From Balanoglossus misakiensis (taxonomy: Eukaryota > Animalia > Hemichordata), in assembly GCA_040954595.2 (NCBI GenBank), contig CM082576.2, forward strand, positions 18,771,028-18,835,027: 64,000 bases of DNA. The letters run 5' to 3'. Position numbers and translations under genes: made by a program. This document shows, in pieces, positions 1-15,000 of the stretch. Position 1 is the stretch's first letter. Every line of letters begins with the position of its first letter. The notes below the pieces were generated by a model. The model saw nothing but the letters and a program-made list of their open reading frames with translations, did not search any database and had not been told where the DNA came from.

Positions 1-3000
1 AAATCGACGAAATTTTGAGATTTTGCAAAGTCGAAAATTTGTCATTTTTTGATGATTTTCACCCATGATTTTTTTCAAAAATCGACAAAATTTTTAGATT
101 TTGCAAAGTCGAAAATTTGTCATTTTTTGGTTATTTTCACCCATGATTTTTTTCAAAAATCGACAAAATTTTTAGATTTTGCAAAGTCGAAAATTTGTCA
201 TTTTTTGATGATTTTCACCCATGATTTTTTTCAAAAATCGACGAAATTTTGAGATTTTGCAAAGTCGAAAATTTGTCATTTTTTGATGATTTTCACCCAA
301 GACTTTTTTTCAAAAATTTACGAAATTTTGAGATTTTGCAAAGTCGAAAATTTGTCATTTTTTGATGATTTTCACCCATGTTTTTTTTTTTCAAAAATCG
401 ACGAAATTTTGAGATTTTGCAAATTCGAAAATTTGTAATTTTTTGATGATTTTCACCCATGTTTTATTTCAAAAATCAACGAACCCATGATTTTTTTTCA
501 AAAGAGGACAAAATTTTGAGATTTTGCAAAGTCGAAAATTTGTCATTTTTTGATGATTTTCACCCATGATTTTTTTCAAAAATCGACGAAATTTTGAGAT
601 TTTGCAAAGTCGAAAATTTGTCATTTTTTGATGATTTTCACCCATGATTTTTTTTCAAAAATCGACGAAATTTTGAGATTTTGCAAAGTCGAAAATTTGT
701 CATTTATTAATGATTTTCACCCATGAATTTTTTTCAAAAATCGACAAAATTTTGAGATTTTGCAAAGTCGAAAATTTGTAATTTTTTGATGATTTTCACC
801 CATGTTTTTTTTCAAAATTGAACGAACCCATGATTTTTTTCAAAAATCGACGAAATTTTGAGATTTTGCAAAGTCGAAAATTTGTCATTTTTTGATGATT
901 TTCACCCATGATTTTTTTCAAAAATCGACAAAATTTTTAGATTTTGCAAAGTCGAAAATTTGTCATTTTTTGATTATTTTCTCCCATGATTTTTTTCAAA
1001 AATCGACAAAATTTTTAGATTTTGCAAAGTCGAAAATTTGTCGTTTTTTTTCAAAAATCAACGAACCCATGATTTTTTTTCAAAAAAGGACAAAATTTTG
1101 AGATTTTGCAAAGTCGAAAATTTGTCATTTTTTGATGATTTTCACCCATGATTTTTTTTCAAAAATGTACGAAATTTTGAGATTTTGCAAAGACAAAATT
1201 TTTTCATTTTTTGATGATTTTCACCCGTGATTTTTTTCAAAAATAGACAAAATTTTGAGATTTTGCAAAGTCGAAAATTTGACATTTTTTGATGATTTTC
1301 ACCCATGTTTTTTTTCAAAAATCAACGAACCCATGATTTTTTTTCAAAAATCGACGAAATTTAGAAATTTTGCAAAGTCGAAAATTTGTCATTTCTTAAT
1401 GATTTTCACCCATGTTTTTTTTTCAAAAATCGACAAAATTTTGAGATTTTGCAAAGTCGAAAATTTGTAATTTTTTGATGATTTTCACCAATGTTTTTTT
1501 TAAAAATCAACGAACCCATGATTTTTTTCAAAAATTGACAACATTTTGAGATTTTGCAAAGTCGAAAATTTGTCATTTTTTGATGATTTTCACCCATGAT
1601 TTTTCTCAAAAATCGACGAAATTTTGAGATTTTGCAAAGTCGAAAATTTTTCATTTTTTGATGATTTTCACCCATGATTTTTTTCAAAAATCTACGAAAT
1701 TTTGAGATTTTGCAAAGTCGAACATTTGTCATTTTTTGATGATTTTCACCCATGATTTTTTTCAAAAATCTGCGAAATTTTGAGATTTTGCAAAGTCGAA
1801 AATTTGTCATTTATTAATGATTTTCACCCATGATTTTTTTCAAAAATCGACGAAATTTGAGATTTTGCAAATTCGAAAATTTGTAATTTTTTAATGATTT
1901 TCACCCTTTTTTTTCAAAAATCAACGAACCCATGATTTTTTTTCAAAAATCGACAAAATTTTGAGATTTTGCAAAGCCGAAAATTTGTCATTTTTTGATG
2001 ATTTTCACCCATGATTTTTTTCAAAAATCGACGAAATTTTGAGATTTTGCAAAGTCGAAAATTTGTCATTTTTTGATGATTTTCACCTATGATTTTTTTC
2101 AAAAATCGACGAAATTTGAGATTTTGCAAAGTCGAAAATTTGTCATTTTTTGATGATTTTCACCCATGATTTTTTTCAAAAATCGACGAAATTTTGAGAT
2201 TTTGCAAAGTCGAAAATTTGTCATTTTTTGATGATTTTCACCCATGATTTTTTTTCAAAAATCTGCGAAATTTTGAGATTTTGCAAAGTCGAAAATTTGT
2301 CATTTTTTGATGATTTTCACCCATGATTTTTTTTCAAAAAATCGACGAAATTTTGACATTTTGCAAAGTCGAAAATTTGTCATTTTTTGATGATTTTCAC
2401 CCATGTTTTTTTCAAAATTGAACGAACCCATGATTTTTTTCAAAAATCGACAAAATTTTGAGATTTTGCAAAGACGAAAATTTGTCATTTTTTGATGATT
2501 TTCACCCATGATTTTTTTCAAAAGTCGACGAAATTTTGAGATTTTGCAAAGTCGAAAATTTGTCATTTTTTGATGATTTTCACCCATGATTTTTTTCAAA
2601 AATCTTCGAAATTTTGAGATTTTGCAAAGTCGAAAATTTGTCATTTTTTGATGATTTTCACCCATGATTTTTTTCAAAAATCTGCGAAATTTTGAGATTT
2701 TGCAAAGTCGAAAATTTTTCATTTATTAATGATTTTCACCCATGATTTTTTTCAAAAATCGACGAAATTTGAGATTTTGCAAATTCGAAAATTTGTAATT
2801 TTTTAATGATTTTCACCCTTTTTTTTCAAAAATCAACGAACCCATGATTTTTTTTCAAAAATCGACAAAATTTTGAGATTTTGCAAAGCCGAAAATTTGT
2901 CATTTTTTGATGATTTTCACCCATGATTTTTTTCAAAAATCGACGAAATTTTGAGATTTTGCAAAGTCGAAAATGTGTCATTTTTTGATGATTTTCACCC

Positions 3001-6000
3001 ATGATTTTTTTCAAAAATCGACGAAATTTGAGATTTTGCAAAGTCGAAAATTTGTCATTTTTTGATGATTTTTACCCATGATTTTTTTTTCAAAAATTGA
3101 CCAAATTTTGAGATTTTGCAAAGCCGAAAATTTGTCATTTTTTGATGATTTTCACCCATGATTTTTCTCAAAAATCGACGAAATTTTGAGATTTTGCAAA
3201 GTCGAAAATTTTTCATTTTTTGATGATTTTCACCCATGATTTTTCTCAAAAATTGACGAAATTTTGAGATTTTGCAAAGTCGAAAATTTGTCATTTTTTG
3301 ATGATTTTCACCCATGTTTTTTTTCAAAATTGAACGAACCCATGATTTTTTTCAAAAATCGACAAAATTTTGAGATTTTGCAAAGACGAAAATTTGTCAT
3401 TTTTTGATGATTTTCACCCATGATTTTTTTCAAAAGTCGACGAAATTTTGAGATTTTGCAAAGTCGAAAATTTGTCATTTTTTGATGATTTTCACCCATG
3501 ATTTTTTTCAAAAATCTACGAAATTTTGAGATTTTGCAAAGTCGAAAATTTGTCATTTTTTGATGATTTTCACCCATGATTTTTTTCAAAAATCTGCGAA
3601 ATTTTGAGATTTTGCAAAGTCGAAAATTTGTCATTTATTAATGATTTTCACCCATGATTTTTTTCAAAAATCGACGAAATTTGAGATTTTGCAAATTCGA
3701 AAATTTGTAATTTTTTAATGATTTTCACCCTTTTTTTTCAAAAATCAACGAACCCATGATTTTTTTTCAAAAATCGACAAAATTTTGAGATTTTGCAAAG
3801 CCGAAAATTTGTCATTTTTTGATGATTTTCACCCATGATTTTTTTCAAAAATCGACGAAATTTTGAGATTTTGCAAAGTCGAAAATTTGTCATTTTTTGA
3901 TGATTTTCACCCATGATTTTTTTCCAAAAATCGACGAAATTTGAGATTTTGCAAAGTCGAAAATTTGTCATTTTTTGATGATTTTCACCCATGATTTTTT
4001 TCAAAAATCGACGAAATTTTGAGATTTTGCAAAGTCGAAAATTTGTCATTTTTTGATGATTTTCAACCATGATTTTTTTTCAAAAATCTGCGAAATTTTG
4101 AGATTTTGCAAAGTCGAAAATTTGTCATTTTTTGATGATTTTCACCCATGATTTTTTTTCAAAAAATCGACGAAATTTTGAGATTTTGCAAAGTCGAAAA
4201 TTTGTCATTTTTTGATTATTTTCACCCATGATTTTTTTTTCAAAAATCGACAAAATTTTGAGATTTTGCAAAGTCGAAAATGTGTCATTTTTTGATGATT
4301 TTCACCCATGATTTTTTTCAAAAATCGACGAAATTTGAGATTTTGCAAAGTCGAAAATTTGTCATTTTTTGATGATTTTTACCCATGATTTTTTTTTCAA
4401 AAATCGACCAAATTTTGAGATTTTGCAAAGCCGAAAATTTGTCATTTTTTGATGATTTTCACCCATGATTTTTTTCAAAAATCGACGAAATTTTGAGATT
4501 TTGCAAAGTCGAAAATTTGTCATTTTTTGATGATTTTCACCCATGATTTTTTTCAAAAATCGACGAAATTTGAGATTTTGCAAAGTCGAAAATTTGTCAT
4601 TTTTTGATGATTTTCACCCATGATTTTTTTCAAAAATCGACGAAATTTTGAGATTTTGCAAAGTCGAAAATTTGTCATTTTTTGATGATTTTCACCCATG
4701 ATTTTTTTTCAAAAATCTGCGAAATTTTGAGATTTTGCAAAGTCGAAAATTTGTCATTTTTTGATGATTTTCACCCATGATTTTTTTTTCAAAAAATCGA
4801 CGAAATTTTGAGATTTTGCAAAGTCGAAAATTTGTCATTTTTTGATGATTTTCACCCATGATTTTTTTTCAAAAAATCGACGAAATTTTGAGATTTTGCA
4901 AAGTCGAAAAGTTGTCATTTTTTGATTATTTTCACCCATGATTTTTTTTTTCAAAAATCGACAAAATTTTGAGATTTTGCAAAGTCGAAAATGTGTCATT
5001 TTTTGATGATTTTCACCCATGATTTTTTTCAAAAATCGACGAAATTTGAGATTTTGCAAAGTCGAAAATTTGTCATTTTTTGATGATTTTTACCCATGAT
5101 TTTTTTTTCAAAAATCGACCAAATTTTGAGATTTTGCAAAGCCGAAAATTTGTCATTTTTTGATGATTTTCACCCATGATTTTTTTCAAAAATCGACGAA
5201 ATTTTGAGATTTTGCAAAGTCGAAAATTTGTCATTTTTTGATGATTTTCACCCATGATTTTTTTCAAAAATCGACGAAATTTGAGATTTTGCAAAGTCGA
5301 AAATTTGTCATTTTTTGATGATTTTCACCCATGATTTTTTTCAAAAATCGACGAAATTTTGAGATTTTGCAAAGTCGAAAATTTGTCATTTTTTGATGAT
5401 TTTCACCCATGATTTTTTTTCAAAAATCTGCGAAATTTTGAGATTTTGCAAAGTCGAAAATTTGTCATTTTTTGATGATTTTCACCCATGATTTTTTTTC
5501 AAAAAATCGACGAAATTTTGAGATTTTGCAAAGTCGAAAATTTGTCATTTTTTGATTATTTTCACCCATGATTTTTTTTTTCAAAAATCGACAAAATTTT
5601 GAGATTTTGCAAAGTCGAAAATGTGTCATTTTTTGATGATTTTCACCCATGATTTTTTTCAAAAATCGACGAAATTTGAGATTTTGCAAAGTCGAAAAAT
5701 TGTCATTTTTTGATGATTTTTACCCATGATTTTTTTTTCAAAAATCGACCTAATTTTGAGATTTTGCCAAGCCGAAAATATGTCATTTTTTGATGATTTT
5801 CACCCATGATTTTTCTCAAAAATCGACGAAATTTTGAGATTTTGCAAAGTCGAAAATTTGTCATTTTTTGATGATTTTCACCCATGATTTTTTTTCAAAA
5901 AATCGACGAAATTTTGAGATTTTGCAAAGTCGAAAATTTGTCATTTTTTGATGATTTTCACCCATGTTTTTTTCAAAATTGAACGAACCCATGATTTTTT

Positions 6001-9000
6001 TCAAAAATCGACAAAATTTTGAGATTTTGCAAAGTCGAAAATTTGTCATTTTTTGATGATTTTCACCCATGTTTTTTTCAAAATTGAACGAACCCATGAT
6101 TTTTTTCAAAAATCGACAAAATTTTGAGATTTTGCAAAGACGAAAATTTGTCATTTTTTGATGATTTTCACCCATGATTTTTTTCAAAAGTCGACGAAAT
6201 TTTGAGATTTTGCAAAGACAAAAATTTTTCATTTTTTGATGATTTTCACCCGTGATTTTTTTCAAAAATCGACAAAATTTTGAGATTTTGCAAAGTCGAA
6301 AATTTGACATTTTTTGATGATTTTCACCCATGTTTTTTTTCAAAAATCAACGAACCTATGATTTTTTTTCAAAAATCGACGAAATTTAGAGATTTTGCAA
6401 AGTCGAAAATTTGTCATTTCTTAATGATTTTCACCCGTTTTTTTTTCAAAAATCGACAAAATTTTGAGATTTTGCAAAGTCGAAAATTTGTAATTTTTTG
6501 ATGATTTTCACCAATGTTTTTTTTTAAAAATCAACGAACCCATGATTTTTTTCAAAAATTGACAACATTTTGAGATTTTGCAAAGTCGAAAATTTGTCAT
6601 TTTTTGATGATTTTCACCCATGATTTTTCTCAAAAATCGACGAAATTTTGACATTTTGCAGAGTCGAAAATTTGTCATTTTTTGATGATATTCACCCATG
6701 ATTTTTTTCAAAAATCGACGAAATTTTGAGATTTTGCAAAGTCGAAAATTTGTCATTTTTTGATGATTTTCACCCATGATTTTTTTCAAAAATCGACGAA
6801 ATTTGAGATTTTGCAAAGTCGAAAATTTGTCATTTTTGATGATTTTCACCCATGATTTTTTTCAAAAATCGACGAAATTTTGAGATTTTGCAAAGTCAAA
6901 AATTTGTCATTTTTTGATGATTTTCACCCATGATTTTTTTTCAAAAATCTGCGAAATTTTGAGATTTTGCAAAGTCGAAAATTTGTCATTTTTTGATGAT
7001 TTTCACCCATGATTTTTTTTCAAAAAATCGACGAAATTTTGAGATTTTGCAAAGTCGAAAATTTGTCATTTTTTGATTATTTTCACCCATGATTTTTTTT
7101 TTCAAAAATCGACAAAATTTTGAGATTTTGCAAAGTCGAAAATTTGTAATTTTTTGATGATTTTCACCCATGTTTTTTTTCAAAATTGAACGAACCCATG
7201 ATTTTTTTCAAAAATCGACGAAATTTTGAGATTTTGCAAAGTCGAAAATTTGTCATTTTTTGATGATTTTCACCCATGATTTTTTTCAAAAATCGACAAA
7301 ATTTTTAGATTTTGCAAAGTCGAAAATTTGTCATTTTTTGATTATTTTCACCCATGATTTTTTTCAAAAATCGACAAAATTTTTAGATTTTGCAAAGTCG
7401 AAAATTTGTCATTTTTTGATGATTTTCACCATGATTTTTTTTTTAAAAATCGACGAAATTTTGAGATTTTGCAAAGACGAAAATTTGTCATTTTTTGATG
7501 ATTTTCACCCATGATTTTTTTTCAAAAATGTACGAAATTTTGAGATTTTGCAAAGACAAAATTTTTTCATTTTTTGATGATTTTCACCCGTGATTTTTTT
7601 CAAAAATAGACAAAATTTTGAGATTTTGCAAAGTCGAAAATTTGACATTTTTTGATGATTTTCACCCATGTTTTTTTCAAAAATCAACGAACCCATGATT
7701 TTTTTTCAAAAATCGACGAAATTTAGAAATTTTGCAAAGTCGAAAATTTGTCATTTCTTAATGATTTTCACCCATGTTTTTTTTTCAAAAATCGACAAAA
7801 TTTTGAGATTTTGCAAAGTCGAAAATTTGTAATTTTTTGATGATTTTCACCAATGTTTTTTTTTAAAATCAACGAACCCATGATTTTTTTCAAAAATTGA
7901 CAACATTTTGAGATTTTGCAAAGTCGAAAATTTGTCATTTTTTGATGATTTTCACCCATGATTTTTCTCAAAAATCGACGAAATTTTGAGATTTTGCAAA
8001 GTCGAAAATTTTTCATTTTTTGATGATTTTCACCCATGATTTTTTTCAAAAATCTACGAAATTTTGAGATTTTGCAAAGTCGAAAATTTGTCATTTTTTG
8101 ATGATTTTCACCCATGATTTTTTTCAAAAATCTGCGAAATTTTGAGATTTTGCAAAGTCGAAAATTTGTCATTTATTAATGATTTTCACCCATGATTTTT
8201 TTCAAAAATCGACGAAATTTGAGATTTTGCAAATTCGAAAATTTGTAATTTTTTAATGATTTTCACCCTTTTTTTTCAAAAATCAACGAACCCATGATTT
8301 TTTTTCAAAAATCGACAAAATTTTGAGATTTTGCAAAGCCGAAAATTTGTCATTTTTTGATGATTTTCACCCATGATTTTTTTCAAAAATCGACGAAATT
8401 TTGAGATTTTGCAAAGTCGAAAATTTGTCATTTTTTGATGATTTTCACCCATGATTTTTTTCAAAAATCGACGAAATTTGAGATTTTGCAAAGTCGAAAA
8501 TTTGTCATTTTTTGATGATTTTCACCCATGATTTTTTTCAAAAATCGACGAAATTTTGAGATTTTGCAAAGTCGAAAATTTGTCATTTTTTGATGATTTT
8601 CACCCATGATTTTTTTTCAAAAATCTGCGAAATTTTGAGATTTTGCAAAGTCGAAAATTTGTCATTTTTTGATGATTTTCACCCATGATTTTTTTTCAAA
8701 AAATCGACGAAATTTTGAGATTTTGCAAAGTCGAAAATTTTTCATTTTTTGATGATTTTCACCCATGATTTTTTTTAAAAATCAACGAACCCATGATTTT
8801 TTTCAAAAATTGACAACATTTTGAGATTTTGCAAAGTCGAAAATTGTCATTTTTTGATGATTTTCACCCATGATTTTTCTCAAAAATCGACGAAATTTTG
8901 AGATTTTGCAAAGTCGAAAATTTTTCATTTTTTGATGATTTTCACCCATGATTTTTTTCAAAAATCTACGAAATTTTGAGATTTTGCAAAGTCGAAAATT

Positions 9001-12000
9001 TGTCATTTTTTGATGATTTTCACCCATGATTTTTTTCAAAAATCTGCGAAATTTTGAGATTTTGCAAAGTCGAAAATTTGTCATTTATTAATGATTTTCA
9101 CCCATGATTTTTTTCAAAAATCGACGAAATTTGAGATTTTGCAAATTCGAAAATTTGTAATTTTTTAATGATTTTCACCCTTTTTTTTCAAAAATCAACG
9201 AACCCATGATTTTTTTTCAAAAATCGACAAAATTTTGAGATTTTGCAAAGCCGAAAATTTGTCATTTTTTGATGATTTTCACCCATGATTTTTTTCAAAA
9301 ATCGACGAAATTTTGAAGATTTTGCAAAGTCGAAAATTTGTCATTTTTTGATGATTTTCACCCATGATTTTTTTCAAAAATCGACGAAATTTGAGATTTT
9401 GCAAAGTCGAAAAATTTGTCATTTTTTGATGATTTTCACCCATGATTTTTTTCAAAAATCGACGAAATTTTGAGATTTTGCAAAGTCGAAAATTTGTCAT
9501 TTTTGATGATTTTCACCCATGATTTTTTTTTCAAAAATCTGCGAAATTTTGAGATTTTGCAAAGTCGAAAATTTGTCATTTTTTGATGATTTTCACCCAT
9601 GATTTTTTTTCAAAAAATCGACGAAATTTTGAGATTTTGCAAAGTCGAAAATTTGTCATTTTTTGATGATTTTCACCCATGTTTTTTTCAAAATTGAACG
9701 AATCATGGGTGAAATCATCAAAAAATGACAAATTTTCGACTTTGCAAAATCTCAAAATGTTGTCAATTTTTGAAAAAAATCATGGGTTCGTTGATTTTTA
9801 AAAAAAAACATTGGTGAAAATCATCAAAAAATTACAAATTTTCGACTTTGCAAAATCTCAAAATTTTGTCGATTTTGAAAAAAAAACATGGGTGAAAATC
9901 ATTAAGAAATGACAAATTTTCGACTTTGCAAAATTTCTAAATTTCGTCGATTTTTGAAAAAAATCATGGGTTCGTTGATTTTTGAAAAAAACATGGGTGA
10001 AAATCATCAAAAAATGTCAAATTTTCGACTTTGCAAAATCTCAAATTTTGTCTATTTTTGAAAAAAATCACGGGTGAAAATCATCAAAAAAATGAAAAAA
10101 TTTTGTCTTTGCAAAATCTCAAAATTTCGTACATTTTGAAAAAAATCATGGGTGAAAATCATCAAAAAATGACAAAATTTTCGTCTTTGCAAAATCTCAA
10201 AATTTCGTCGATTTTTAAAAAAAAAATCATGGTGAAAATCATCAAAAAATGACAAATTTTCGACTTTGCAAAATCTAAAAATTTTGTCGATTTTTGAAAA
10301 AAATCATGGGTGAAAATAATCAAAAAATGACAAATTTTCGACTTTGCAAAATCTAAAAATTTTGTCGATTTTTGAAAAAAATCATGGGTGAAAATCATCA
10401 AAAAATGACAAATTTTCGACTTTGCAAAATCTCAAAATTTCGTCGATTTTTGAAAAAAATCATGGGTTCGTTCAATTTTGAAAAAAAACATGGGTGAAAA
10501 TCATCAAAAATTACAAATTTTCGACTTTGCAAAATCTCAAAATTTTGTCGATTTTTGAAAAAAAAAAATCATGGGTGAAAATAATCAAAAAATGACAAAT
10601 TTTCGACTTTGCAAAATCTCAAAATTTCGTCGATTTTTTGAAAAAAAATCATGGGTGAAAATCATCAAAAAATGACAAATTTTCGACTTTGCAAAATCTC
10701 AAAATTTCGCAGATTTTTGAAAAAAATCATGGGTGAAAATCATCAAAAAATGACAAATTTTTGACTTTGCAAAATCTCAAAATTTCGTCGATTTTTGAAA
10801 AAAATCATGGGTGAAAATCATCAAAAATGACAAATTTTCGACTTTGCAAAATCTCAAATTTCGTCGATTTTTGAAAAAATCATGGGTGAAAATCATTAAT
10901 AAATGACAAATTTTCGACTTTGCAAAATCTCAAAATTTGGTCGATTTTTGAAAAAAATCATGGGTGAAAATCATCAAAAAAATGACAAATTTTCGACTTT
11001 GCAAAATCTCAAAATTTCGTAGATTTTTGAAAAAAATCATGGGTGAAAATCATCAAAAAATGACAAATTTTCGACTTTGCAAAATCTCAAAATTTCGTCG
11101 ACTTTTGAAAAAAATCATGGGTGAAAATCATCAAAAAATGACAAATTTTCGTCTTTGCAAAATCTCAAAATTTTGTCGATTTTTGAAAAAAATCATGGGT
11201 TCGTTCAATTTTGAAAAAAACATGGGTGAAAATCATCAAAAAATGACAAATTTTCGACTTTGCAAAATCTCAAAATTTCGTCGATTTTTTGAAAAAAAAT
11301 CATGGGTGAAAATCATCAAAAAATGACAAATTTTTGACTTTGCAAAATCTCAAAATTTCGCAGATTTTTGAAAAAAAATCATGGGAGAAAATCATCAAAA
11401 AATGACAAATTTTCGACTTTGCAAAATCTCAAAATTTCGTCGATTTTTGAAAAAAATCATGGGTGAAAATCATCAAAAAATGACAAATTTTCGACTTTGC
11501 AAAATCTCAAATTTCGTCGATTTTTGAAAAAAATCATGGGTGAAAATCATCAAAAAATGACAAATTTTCGACTTTGCAAAATCTCAAAATTTCGTCGATT
11601 TTTGAAAAAATCATGGGTGAAAATCATCAAAAAATGACAAATTTTCGGCTTTGCAAAATCTCAAAATTTTGTCGATTTTTGAAAAAAAATCATGGGTTCG
11701 TTGATTTTTGAAAAAAAAGGGTGAAAATCATTAAAAAATTACAAATTTTCGAATTTGCAAAATCTCAAATTTCGTCGATTTTTGAAAAAAATCATGGGTG
11801 AAAATCATTAATAAATGACAAATTTTCGACTTTGCAAAATCTCAAAATTTCGCAGATTTTTGAAAAAAATCATGGGTGAAATCATCAAAAAATGACAAAT
11901 TTTCGACTTTGCAAAATCTCAAAATTTCGTCGATTTTTGAAAAAAATCATGGGTGAAAATCATCAAAAAATGAAAAATTTTCGACTTTGCAAAATCTCAA

Positions 12001-15000
12001 AATTTCGTCGATTTTTGAGAAAAATCATGGGTGAAAATCATCAAAAAATGACAAATTTTCGACTTTGCAAAATTTCTAAATTTCGTCGATTTTTGAAAAA
12101 AATCATGGGTTCGTTGATTTTTGAAAAAAACATGGGTGAAAATCATCAAAAAATGTCAAATTTTCGACTTTGCAAAATCTCAAAATTTTGTCTATTTTTG
12201 AAAAAAATCACGGGTGAAAATCATCAAAAAATGAAAAAATTTTGTCTTTGCAAAATCTCAAATTTCGTACATTTTTGAAAAAAAATCATGGGTGAAAATC
12301 ATCAAAAAATGACAAATTTTCCGTCTTTGCAAAATCTCAAAATTTCGTCGATTTTTAAAAAAAAAATCATGGTGAAAATCATCAAAAAATGACAAATTTT
12401 CGACTTTGCAAAATCTCAAAATTTCGCAGATTTTTGAAAAAAAATCATGGGTGAAAATCATCAAAAAATGACAAATTTTTGACTTTGCAAAATCTCAAAA
12501 TTTCGTCGATTTTTGAAAAAAATCATGGGTGAAAATCATCAAAAATGACAAATTTTCGACTTTGCAAAATCTCAAATTTCGTCGATTTTTGAAAAAAATC
12601 ATGGTGAAAATCATCAAAATGACAAATTTTCGACTTTGCAAAATCTCAAAAATTTTCGTCGATTTTTGAAAAAAATCATGGGTGAATATCATCAAAAATG
12701 ACAAATTTTCGACTTTGCAAAATCTCAAAATTTCGTCGATTTTTGAAAAAAAATCATGGGTGAATATCATCAAAAATGACAAATTTTCGACTTTGCAAAA
12801 TCTCAAAATTTCGTCGATTTTGAAAAAAATCATGGGTGAAAATCATCAAAAAATGAAAAATTTTCGACTCTGCAAAATGTCAAAATTTCGTCGATTTTTG
12901 AGAAAAATCATGGGTGAAAATCATCAAAAAATGACAAATTTTCGACTTTGCAAAATCTCAAAATGTTGTCAATTTTTGAAAAAATCATGGGTTCGTTGAT
13001 TTTTAAAAAAAACATTGGTGAAAATCATCAAAAAATTACAAATTTTCGACTTTGCAAAATCTCAAAATTTTGTCGATTTTTGAAAAAAAACGGGTGAAAA
13101 TCATTAAGAAATGACAAATTTTCGACTTTGCAAAATCTCTAATTTCGTCGATTTTTGAAAAAAATCATAGGTTCGTTGATTTTTGAAAAAAAACATGGGT
13201 GAAAATCATCAAAAAATGTCAAATTTCGACTTTGCAAAATCTCAAAATTTTGTCGATTTTGAAAAAAATCACGGGTGAAAATCATCAAAAAATGAAAAAT
13301 TTTTGTCTTTGCAAAATCTCAAAATTTCGTCGACTTTTGAAAAAAATCATGGGTGAAAATCATCAAAAAATGACAAATTTTCGTCTTTGCAAAATCTCAA
13401 AAATTTTGTCGATTTTTGAAAAAAATCATGGGTTCGTTCAATTTTGAAAAAAACATGGGTGAAAAATCATCAAAAAATGACAATTTTCGACTTTGCAAAA
13501 TCTCAAAATTTCGTCAATTTTTGAGAAAAATCATGGGTGAAAATCATCAAAAAATGAAAATTTTCGACTTTGCAAAATCTCAAAATTTCGTCGATTTTTG
13601 AGAAAAATCATGGGTGAAAATCATCAAAAAATGACATATTTTCGGCTTTGCAAAATCTCAAAAATTTGGTCGATTTTTGAAAAAAAAAATCATGGGTAAA
13701 AATCATCAAAAAATGACAAATTTTCGACTTTGCAAAATCTCAAATTTCGTCGATTTTTGAAAAAAATCATGGGTGAAAATCATCAAAAAATGACAAATTT
13801 TCGGCTTTGCAAAAATCTCAAAATTTGGTCGATTTTTGAAAAAAAAATCATGGGTAAAAATCATCAAAAATGACAAATTTTCGACTTTGCAAAATCTCAA
13901 ATTTCGTCGATTTTTGAAAAAATCATGGGTGAAAATCATCAAAAAATGACACATTTTCGACTTTGCAAAATCTCAAAAATTTTGTCGATTTTTGAAAAAA
14001 AAAATCATGGGTGAAAATAATCAAAAAATGACAAATTTTCGACTTTGCAAAATCTCAAAATTTCGTCGATTTTTTGAAAAAAATCATGGGTGAAAATCAT
14101 CAAAAATGACAAATTTTCGACTTTGCAAAATCTCAAAATGTTGTCAATTTTTGAAAAAATCATGGGTTCGTTGATTTTTAAAAAAAAACATTGGTGAAAA
14201 ATCATCAAAAAATTACAAATTTCGACTTTGCAAAATCTCAAAATTTTGTCGATTTTTGAAAAAAAAACGGGTGAAAATCATTAAGAAATGACAAATTTTC
14301 GACTTTGCAAAATCTCTAAATTTCGTCGATTTTTGAAAACAAATCATAGGTTCGTTGATTTTGAAAAAAACATGGGTGAAAATCATCAAAAAATGTCAAA
14401 TTTTCGACTTTGCAAAATCTCAAAATTTTGTCGATTTTTGAAAAAAATCACGGGTGAAAATCATCAAAAAATGAAAAAATTTTGTCTTTGCAAAATCTCA
14501 AAATTTCGTCGACTTTTGAAAAAAATCATGGGTGAAAATCATCAAAAAATGACAATTTTCGTCTTTGCAAAATCTCAAAATTTTGTCGATTTTTAAAAAA
14601 AAATCATGGGTTCGTTCAATTTTGAAAAAAACATGGGTGAAAATCATCAAAAAATGACAAATTTTCGACTTTGCAAAATCTCAAAATTTCGTCAATTTTT
14701 GAGAAAAATCATGGGTGAAAATCATCAAAAAATGAAAAATTTTCGACTTTGCAAAATCTCAAAATTTCGTCGATTTTTGAGAAAAATCATGGGTGAAATC
14801 ATCAAAAAATGACATATTTTCGGCTTTGCAAAATCTCAAAATTTGGTCGATTTTTGAAAAAAAAATCATGGGTAAAAATCATCAAAAAATGACAAATTTT
14901 CGACTTTGCAAAATCTCAAAATTTCGTCGATTTTTGAAAAAAAATCATGGGTGAAAATCATCAAAAATGACAAAATTTTCGACTTTGCAAAATCTCAAAA